This document shows, piece after piece, positions 57,476 through 64,000 of a stretch of 64,000 nucleotides of DNA. The first letter of the stretch is position 1; each line of letters starts with the position of its first letter. Source of the stretch: Candidatus Aenigmatarchaeota archaeon (lineage in GTDB: Archaea > Aenigmatarchaeota > Aenigmatarchaeia > QMZP01 > QMZT01); assembly GCA_026397315.1 (NCBI GenBank), contig JAPLVC010000001.1, forward strand, positions 1 through 64,000. The letters are read 5' to 3'. Both the position numbers and the translations under genes were made by a program. The notes under the pieces are model-generated. The model was not told the DNA's origin. It worked only from the letters and a program-made list of their open reading frames with translations, and made no database searches.

Positions 57476-58024
57476 TCAAGCTGCCAGAGGCATTTCCGAC
57501 CCTTGCGCGGATGCCGCCTCTCCTTTGATTTTAGCTATCATTTCGTCGCCAAGAAAGTAATCTTTCAGTATTTTGCAGCCTTTCGTGAAAATACTACTGG
57601 GTACACCGCCTTTGATAGCATAAATTTTGACAATATCCTGCGTTATCTGAGGATCAATAAGACTATAAAATTGGGCTGAACTGTTGATTATTGTTCCGTA
57701 TGTTTTCTGAAGTTCCCTATTGACGCCTTCCACGTCTTTTATCTTGCCGGATTTCGCTTGCTCAACTAACTGGTCTATATAGCCGAGTGACTGCCCCATC
57801 TGGCCGGATAGTTTTGAAAGAGCTGATTTGTAACTATCATTATATTTTTTTATCTTACCGAAGTCAGCGTTTTCTCCTGCAACTACGGATAATCTGTCCA
57901 TGTGAAGGTCCAGCTCGTAAAAAAGTTCTTTCTCGTATTCCTGCAGAGCGCCCATCCCTTCATGCATTGCACTAATAGTTTTGGCACCATCAACCTGTTT
58001 TGTCATAATCACACCATCAATCAC
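57476..58024 (-). CDS. Hypothetical helical protein
   Basis: Long AT-rich ORF. No motif recognised. Confidence 0.65.
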   Translation of the reverse strand: MIDGVIMTKQVDGAKTISAMHEGMGALQEYEKELFYELDLHMDRLSVVAGENADFGKIKKYNDSYKSALSKLSGQMGQSLGYIDQLVEQAKSGKIKDVEGVNRELQKTYGTIINSSAQFYSLIDPQITQDIVKIYAIKGGVPSSIFTKGCKILKDYFLGDEMIAKIKGEAASAQGSEMPLAA

Positions 58025-58217
58025 GAAGCTCGGAAAAGTTAAACATTCTGTTGTTACTTATTAGTAGTTTTTATTACTTATAAAGCTTTTTGAGGCTATC
58101 ATTTAGCACTGGAACGGCGTGGGAGCGGGCCCGGACGGCATGGCAAAGGCCGGTGATAAAAAGCGATATCTGCCGTTGAAGATAATACTTATAAAGGTTG
58201 TATTCTAATACTTTAAC

Positions 58218-58766
58218 ATGGCAGGAATATTCGACCAACTGGTCCAAAACATGTCGAGAATGGGTTTCTTCCAGTTCTTATTTCCGTTCCTGCTCGCTTT
58301 GGCGATAGTCTACGGACTCCTGACATGGGCACTTGAAAAACAGATACCCAAGTCTGCTAGGGCGTTGGTTTCACTGATAGCGGCATTCTTCGTGATGCTG
58401 TACTCCAGCTGGAACGTCATGGTTGTGCAGTTCTTTGCCAACCTTTTCGGTCCATTCTTGGCGGTGGCCACGGGCATACTAGTGATAGTAATGCTGTTCG
58501 CTCTGGTCGGCTTCAAGGTTGAAACGCTCACCCAGGGGAAGTACAGCAAATGGGTACTAGTCTTGCTGATGGTATTCATTGGCATCGTGCTTTTCTTCGG
58601 AGCAGGCGCATCATACCTTATAGACGTGCCAGGATTTGCCATGAACTCTGACTTCTTTACAGTGATATTCTTCATCATAATACTCGCTGTAGTGATGTTC
58701 TGGCTATCGAAAGAAGGCGAGGGTGGCGGAAGCGCAGCGACGCCTACGACTGGAGGAAAGTCGTAA
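58218..58766 (+). CDS. Multi-TM membrane protein (LPFxLxLAIVYG family)
   Basis: LFPFLLALAIVYGLL, about five TM helices, Gly-rich tail. Confidence 0.8.
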   Translation: MAGIFDQLVQNMSRMGFFQFLFPFLLALAIVYGLLTWALEKQIPKSARALVSLIAAFFVMLYSSWNVMVVQFFANLFGPFLAVATGILVIVMLFALVGFKVETLTQGKYSKWVLVLLMVFIGIVLFFGAGASYLIDVPGFAMNSDFFTVIFFIIILAVVMFWLSKEGEGGGSAATPTTGGKS

Positions 58767-58851
58767 AGTTTTTTCTTTTTTGCTTTTGCTTTATTTTGCA
58801 TGCTCAGCGGCAGCAATATTTATTGCGGCCCGCCAAGACATTCATGAGAAC

Positions 58852-59190
58852 ATGAACAGGAAAAAGCCCGAGGCCTGGACCAAGCTCGCCAGAGAGCGCA
58901 TGCAGATATTGCTAGCGCTGGCTGAGGTCGAGGCTGGAGCGCATCCTAAACGCTCGAAGCGATACATAGAGCTTGCGAAAAAGATAGGCATGCGCTACAA
59001 CGTGCGGCTGAAAGCTACGAAGCGTTTCTGCCGCAAATGTTCATCGCCGCTGGTTCCGGGCGTGACATGCAGGATCCGCTCGAGAAAGGACAGGCAAGCC
59101 ATGGTAACGACATGCCTCAAATGCGGCGCTATATCGCGACACCCTTATATACGCGAGAAGAAAATTATTAAGCAAAGGAGAACTGCATGA
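58852..59190 (+). CDS. rnp4: Ribonuclease P protein component 4 (Rpp21)
   Basis: LARERMQIL, RYIELAKKI, FCRKC, TCLKCG. Confidence 0.9.
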   Translation: MNRKKPEAWTKLARERMQILLALAEVEAGAHPKRSKRYIELAKKIGMRYNVRLKATKRFCRKCSSPLVPGVTCRIRSRKDRQAMVTTCLKCGAISRHPYIREKKIIKQRRTA

Positions 59191-59450
59191 AACTCGTCAT
59201 TTTCCTCAGCACGCTCGTCATTTTCATCTCGTGCTTTTTCATATTCTTCACTTTCGACTCCATGATAAAGACGAAGATGGTCTGCGACTACAAGGAAACG
59301 TTCAAGTGCAACGTCGTCGAGCTCAACTCGACCATCATATTCGGCATCCTGATAGTGGGCATGTTCCTTTTCGTGGACTGCATCGTGATGTACATAATGG
59401 TAAAGACATGGGTGCCGAACCTGTTCATGTACAGCTTTAGCCGAAGATAA
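59187..59450 (+). CDS. Small two-TM membrane protein
   Basis: ATGA overlap with rnp4. Two hydrophobic helices. Confidence 0.7.
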   Translation: MKLVIFLSTLVIFISCFFIFFTFDSMIKTKMVCDYKETFKCNVVELNSTIIFGILIVGMFLFVDCIVMYIMVKTWVPNLFMYSFSRR

Positions 59451-59454
59451 CGCC

Positions 59455-60126
59455 TTATTCTACGCCCAGCAGCTTCCTGAACAACAGCGACGCTCCCATC
59501 AGGAAAATCAGTATATACCACGCCAGCCAGTTCAGGTAAGTCCATCCGACCAGCGGTACAGTGAACGGCAGCTTTACGGCGGTCTCCATCTTCGTCGAAT
59601 TGAGGTCGAGCGGGTTCACATCCCAGACGACGCTGCCGAACCTCACGAGCTCGCCCTTCGCATACGTCTTGTCGTCCGAGAAATCCCCGTTGTCGTTGGC
59701 GTCTATCGTCACCTTGTATTCCAGATCGCTTATCTTATCCGTCCTTATGGTGTGGTTAAAGTCCGCGAAAACGAAATGGCCCGTCGCCGAATTTTCGCTA
59801 GCGGACGCAGTCTGGACGATCACGCTGCCGTACGTCTGGCTCAGGAAGCCGAACGCCAGCAGGACTATGCCAAGGCTTATGAACATGGGCAGCATGTTCA
59901 TGCGCATCTGCTTCTGGCTCAGCTTCATCATCTCGCTGACGTATTCATTCGCTTTTTTGACGTCCTTTTCCTTCTGCGCTTCCTTGGACTTCTCCCTGTA
60001 GAACTTCATGTCTTCTTTTATCTTGCGCATCTCTGCCGGTTTGTTGAAGATTCGATAGACTAAGCTGGATACGAATGAGAGCAAGAGCGTCCACAGGAGG
60101 ATATCCTGGTAAGGAAGGAATATCAT
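59455..60126 (-). CDS. EMC3/TMCO1 (DUF106, Oxa1 superfamily) membrane insertase
   Basis: TM-coiled coil-TM pattern, LNWLAWYI..FRKLLGV. Confidence 0.85.
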   Translation of the reverse strand: MIFLPYQDILLWTLLLSFVSSLVYRIFNKPAEMRKIKEDMKFYREKSKEAQKEKDVKKANEYVSEMMKLSQKQMRMNMLPMFISLGIVLLAFGFLSQTYGSVIVQTASASENSATGHFVFADFNHTIRTDKISDLEYKVTIDANDNGDFSDDKTYAKGELVRFGSVVWDVNPLDLNSTKMETAVKLPFTVPLVGWTYLNWLAWYILIFLMGASLLFRKLLGVE

Positions 60127-60135
60127 AAAAACCGC

Positions 60136-60654
60136 CTACTGTTTGAGCATCTCCCCGAGCTCTTTCATCGAGTCCATCATCTTCTTCTCGTGGAACTTTA
60201 TTATCTTGAGCGCGGAGCCGGAAGCGGAAGAATAGATCGAAGCGTAATAGCGGTTTATGCGCTGGTGCTCGTTCGTCTTGTCGTCGCCTGGCGTGTCTCC
60301 CGCTTTTTCAAAAACGACTATAGAGTCCGGTCTGAACGAGCGGAAAAATTCATCAGGTATGGCCCTCACGTAGCCGTATCTGGTGAGGAACGTGAGATAA
60401 CCGCTGACTATTATGTTGCCTTTCTGATCCTTCAGTTTGGTGATCATTATCTTCTGCAACTTGTCGTAGAACTTGGCGGCGACCTTCCTGATCGCGTCTA
60501 TGTCCGGGATTTCCCCGATCTCCTCGGCCAAGTTCTCTATCTTGTCGAAGTCGACGACCGTGAAATCGTTCTTTCTCCCCGCGTGCTGGAGCGCCAAGTC
60601 TACGAGAGTCGCCTTGTCTATGCCGTAAACGCCTGAGATGAAAATCAGCTTCAT
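60136..60654 (-). CDS. Archaeal adenylate kinase-like protein with a divergent P-loop
   Basis: ISGVYGIDKAT, FRPDSIVV, HQRINR. Upstream of DUF106 as in the archaeal adk-DUF106 order. Confidence 0.65.
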   Translation of the reverse strand: MKLIFISGVYGIDKATLVDLALQHAGRKNDFTVVDFDKIENLAEEIGEIPDIDAIRKVAAKFYDKLQKIMITKLKDQKGNIIVSGYLTFLTRYGYVRAIPDEFFRSFRPDSIVVFEKAGDTPGDDKTNEHQRINRYYASIYSSASGSALKIIKFHEKKMMDSMKELGEMLKQ

Positions 60655-60683
60655 AACACACCCTCCCGGATTGTATATTATTG

Positions 60684-61724
60684 CTATTGCTCTTTTAAAA
60701 TAGTTTTCAGCTTGGATATCAGGCTGTCGTCGCCCGGGTCCTTGCCGCGCAGCATGCCCAGGTATATGCTCACGAAGTCGAGCACGTACATGGTCGACAG
60801 CGCGCGAGAAAGCTCGTACGGGTAGACGGACCAGACCTCTATGACCGAGCGCGCCGACCTCTTTAGTAGTTCCTTGGTGAAGTTTATCCTCCTGCGCATG
60901 CGCTCATTCTCGCTGTTGTCGCGTATGATTATGACTGAAAAATTTCTCGAAAGCGCCGTGTCCTCCCACCCGAGGATCGAGTTGTGGTTGAGCTCGGGAT
61001 ACGTCTCGCACATGGCCACGACCTTCGAGTTCTCGTTGAACTGCGTTCTAGCGCGGTAGACGACGGGCTCGTATATGCCGAAACCATGGATGACAGGAAC
61101 CGAGTTGATCAGCTTGTAGGCGATGCGCTTCGCTGGATTGTCCTTCATGAGCTTCGATGACTTTATTTCGTCCCTCGTTTCCTTGAGATTCTTGATGACG
61201 AGGTCAAGGTTCTGCTTCTCCAGAAACTTCGCTTTTTCCAGAATCGCTATGATGGGGAAAAGCATGTGGCCTATCGCGAAGCGCGGCTTGAGCCCCTTCG
61301 GGACGCGCATGCACGCCAGGCCGCGCCTGCAGCACTCGCGTTCGAGCTCGCCTCCCGAGGTTATGGCGAATATCTCACACTTCCTTTTGACGGCTTCTCT
61401 GAAGGCGGAAAGCGTCTCTTCAGTATCGCCGGAATAGCTGACGAAGAAAACCATGTCGCCGTTCTTCACGTATGCGGGCAGGCCATACCCTTTGAGAACG
61501 CGTATTTCATTGTTGGGGAAAACGCCCGCGAGCATGTCGCCCACTATACCCGAGCCGCCCATGCCGCACACGAAGACGCGCTCAGGCTTCTTCAGCTTAA
61601 GGTCTCCCGCGAATTTCTTCCCTGACGCAATCGCCTCCTCGCACTGCTCGGGGAATTTCTCGAGAGAAGCGACCACTTTGGAAAGGTCAAGCTTTTCCAT
61701 TTCCTTCTGGTCGTCAAGAATCAT
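60684..61724 (-). CDS. Bifunctional phosphoglucose/phosphomannose isomerase
   Basis: GMGGSGIVGD, SYSGDTEET, QFNENSK, PELNHN. Confidence 0.9.
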   Translation of the reverse strand: MILDDQKEMEKLDLSKVVASLEKFPEQCEEAIASGKKFAGDLKLKKPERVFVCGMGGSGIVGDMLAGVFPNNEIRVLKGYGLPAYVKNGDMVFFVSYSGDTEETLSAFREAVKRKCEIFAITSGGELERECCRRGLACMRVPKGLKPRFAIGHMLFPIIAILEKAKFLEKQNLDLVIKNLKETRDEIKSSKLMKDNPAKRIAYKLINSVPVIHGFGIYEPVVYRARTQFNENSKVVAMCETYPELNHNSILGWEDTALSRNFSVIIIRDNSENERMRRRINFTKELLKRSARSVIEVWSVYPYELSRALSTMYVLDFVSIYLGMLRGKDPGDDSLISKLKTILKEQ

Positions 61725-61741
61725 GTTTTCCTCAAATCCAA

Positions 61742-63115
61742 TTATTTGTGTTTTTTTGTGTGTTTTTCCTCTTTTGCCACAGGTTTTTTCGGGGCTATCT
61801 CGCTGAAGCCCGTATATTTTACCAGCGCCTTGGGAATTTTTATCGTACCATCTCTCGTCTGGCAGTTCTCGAGTATCGCCGTTATCGCGCGCTCAGTCGC
61901 GATGGCAGTCGAGTTTAGAGTATGGACAACTTCTGTTTCTCCGTGTTTGTTCATGAACCTTATACCCAGCTTCCTGGGCTGGTAGTCCGTGCAGTTGGAG
62001 CACGACACCATCTCGCGGAAAGCGCCCTGCGCGGGCATCCACGCCTCGAGGTCGTATTTTATCGCTGCGTTGTCGTTCATCTCGCCAGAGCAGACGGATA
62101 TCACCCTGTAAGGGATGCCCAGCTTCTGGTAAATCGCTTCGGCATTGCCTATGAGCTTCTCGAACCATTTCTCCGATTCGCATGGCTTGCAGAAGACGAA
62201 CTGCTCGACCTTGTCGAACTGATGGACGCGGAATATGCCTTTCGTGTCCTTGCCGTGCGACCCTGCCTCGCGCCTGAAGTTCGTGGAGAAACCGGCGTAT
62301 GTTTTAGGCAGGTCTTTCTCCTGGAATATTTCTCCCATGTGATACGCGGCCAGCGTCTGTTCGGCGGTTGCTATCAGGTAAAGGTCCTCGCCTTCGATCT
62401 TGTAGAGCTGGCTCTCGAAGTCCGCCAGCTCGGCCGCGGCGGAAATCGCCGCCTTCTGCAGCATGAAAGGGGTCCACATCGGAGTGAATCCTTGTTCTAT
62501 AAGGAAGTCAAAAGCGAATCTTATGAGAGCGAGGTTGAGAATGACCAGCTCGTTTTTCAGGTAGTAAAACCTCGCTCCAGCGAGCTTCGCCGCCTTGTCC
62601 GTGTCGGCCAGGTCGAGGCTCTGCAGAAGTTCCGTATGGCCTTTCGGCTCGAAATGCATCGGCTCGAATTCCAGCTTGCCGCGCGTGTCGCGCTTGAAGC
62701 TTTCCATGTCCTTGAGAAGCACGAGAGGCTTGCCCCACGCGCGTATGAACTTGTTCTCCTGGTCGCCATTGCCAACATTGACGTCCTTGTGCAGGATGTT
62801 GCCTATCTTATACCTGTAAATGTCGCGCTCGGCGAGAAGCGCTTCGGCCTTCTTGTCGCTGTGTTCTATCTCCTCGTTTATCTTCCTCATCTCGTGGATT
62901 TTTTCATCCGCTTTCTTGCCCGCCTTCTTCATCTCGGCAATCTCGCGGGAAACAGTGTTCCTCTTGCATTTCAGCGCCTCGACGTGCTTCAGTACGTCAC
63001 GCCATTCCTTGTCAAGCTCCACGACCTTCTCGACGACGGCCGGGTTCTTGTACCTTTTCTTTTCCGAGTCTATGACTGCCTCCGGATTTGTCCTGAAAAT
63101 CTGTATGTCAAGCAT
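61742..63115 (-). CDS. serS: Serine--tRNA ligase
   Basis: LIATAEQ, FRREAGSHGKDTKGIFRVHQF, VSCSNCTDYQ, HTLNST. Confidence 0.96.
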   Translation of the reverse strand: MLDIQIFRTNPEAVIDSEKKRYKNPAVVEKVVELDKEWRDVLKHVEALKCKRNTVSREIAEMKKAGKKADEKIHEMRKINEEIEHSDKKAEALLAERDIYRYKIGNILHKDVNVGNGDQENKFIRAWGKPLVLLKDMESFKRDTRGKLEFEPMHFEPKGHTELLQSLDLADTDKAAKLAGARFYYLKNELVILNLALIRFAFDFLIEQGFTPMWTPFMLQKAAISAAAELADFESQLYKIEGEDLYLIATAEQTLAAYHMGEIFQEKDLPKTYAGFSTNFRREAGSHGKDTKGIFRVHQFDKVEQFVFCKPCESEKWFEKLIGNAEAIYQKLGIPYRVISVCSGEMNDNAAIKYDLEAWMPAQGAFREMVSCSNCTDYQPRKLGIRFMNKHGETEVVHTLNSTAIATERAITAILENCQTRDGTIKIPKALVKYTGFSEIAPKKPVAKEEKHTKKHK

Positions 63116-63123
63116 GTTAGCAC

Positions 63124-63660
63124 CTACTCTTCGGCGTCGTAATTGACTACGCTGAAAACATCATAACCCTTAAGCTTCTCCCGCCCCTTGAGGAAGCTCA
63201 GCTCTATCAGTATCGATATGCCTACAACGTTGCCACCGAGCCTTTCGACGAGTTTCGTCGCCGCTTCCAGCGTCCCTCCGGTCGCCAGCAAATCGTCGAC
63301 TATGAGAACCGTTTCGCCTTTCTTTATCGCGTCCTCGTGTATTTCGAACGCGTCTTTCGAATATTCCGTATCGAACTCCTCGCGCAGCTTTTTCCACGGC
63401 AGTTTGCCCGGCTTGCGCAAAGGCACGAAGCCCGCGCCAAGCTCGTAAGCTATCGCTGAACCCAGGATGAAGCCGCGGCTCTCGGCGGAAACGACTTTAT
63501 CTATGCGTCTGCCATCGAAATGCGACATCATCTGCTTCACGGAACTGCGGAAAGCATTCGCGTCCTGCAGGAGCGTGGTGATGTCCTTGAACATTATGCC
63601 TTTCTTCGGAAAATCAGGCACGGTGCGTATCTTTGACCTCAAATCAACCTTGTTCTCCAT
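63124..63660 (-). CDS. apt: Adenine phosphoribosyltransferase
   Basis: PDFPKKGIMFKDIT, ESRGF, RKPGKLP, VDDLLATGGT. Confidence 0.95.
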   Translation of the reverse strand: MENKVDLRSKIRTVPDFPKKGIMFKDITTLLQDANAFRSSVKQMMSHFDGRRIDKVVSAESRGFILGSAIAYELGAGFVPLRKPGKLPWKKLREEFDTEYSKDAFEIHEDAIKKGETVLIVDDLLATGGTLEAATKLVERLGGNVVGISILIELSFLKGREKLKGYDVFSVVNYDAEE

Positions 63661-63769
63661 GTTATCAATATTGTTTCAGCGGTTTTAAATAAAATATAGC
63701 GTCCTTGGGTTAAACTTTTTTTAGACCTATTTACTTACAACGCTACCTTATAGAAACGAGAGTGGTGGT

Positions 63770-64000
63770 ATGAAAGAGGGAGACGAAATTTGGGCTAGAA
63801 TGGAAAAAATAAAAAATATGGACGTAAACGCAGAAAACATAAAGACTGTGGTTGAGTTCGACAAGTTGAATGAAATAAACGGACTAACGCCGGGAACAAG
63901 AGTCGGTCACCTAACAATGCTGAGGCATCTTCTGACATATTGTGGCGGCAAACCATTTACCGAGTTGACTGGCTCAGACATAAGGGAGTTCATGGGATTG
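63770..64000 (+). CDS. Partial CDS, probably the N-terminal core-binding (SAM-like) domain of a tyrosine recombinase/integrase
   Basis: Open from ATG 63770 to the window end: …NGLTPGTRVGHLTMLRHLLTYCGGKPFTELTGSDIREFM. GGTGG SD upstream. Confidence 0.55.
   Translation, partial: MKEGDEIWARMEKIKNMDVNAENIKTVVEFDKLNEINGLTPGTRVGHLTMLRHLLTYCGGKPFTELTGSDIREFMGL

Noticed and set aside
57476-57500. C-terminal LAA resembling an ssrA/ClpX degron
   Set aside because: A three-residue match is expected by chance, and archaea generally lack this system.

Overview
A 64-kb chromosomal segment of an archaeon, very probably DPANN and most like Aenigmarchaeota (inferred from gene content). Supporting genes include archaeal RpoD, Hel308, Rpp21, Rqc2/NFACT, BHB-intron tRNAs, form III RuBisCO next to AMP phosphorylase, a type IV pilus ATPase/platform pair and large Cys/Asn-rich surface proteins. 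Most of it is housekeeping (LysRS II, SerRS, APRT, PGI/PMI, iPGM, FtsZ, SMC, two membrane pyrophosphatases, three tRNAs). The most notable observations are: (1) a 25-aa ORF missing from the ORF track, convergent with a PqqD/RRE-like-fused M50-type membrane protease, a candidate minimal archaeal peptide (RiPP/signalling) system; (2) a surface-protein gene bounded by a 66-bp duplication of the 3' end of a Zn-dehydrogenase gene; (3) an intron-containing tRNA-Leu with an AAG anticodon; (4) a naturally short-armed 844-aa SMC; (5) a 1950-aa Cys-rich repeat protein inside the pilus operon; (6) an mtnA-lsrF-like aldolase-dehydrogenase operon; and (7) an AT-richer island of paralogous membrane proteins beside ftsZ. 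Product calls come from motif recognition by eye. No database searches were run.
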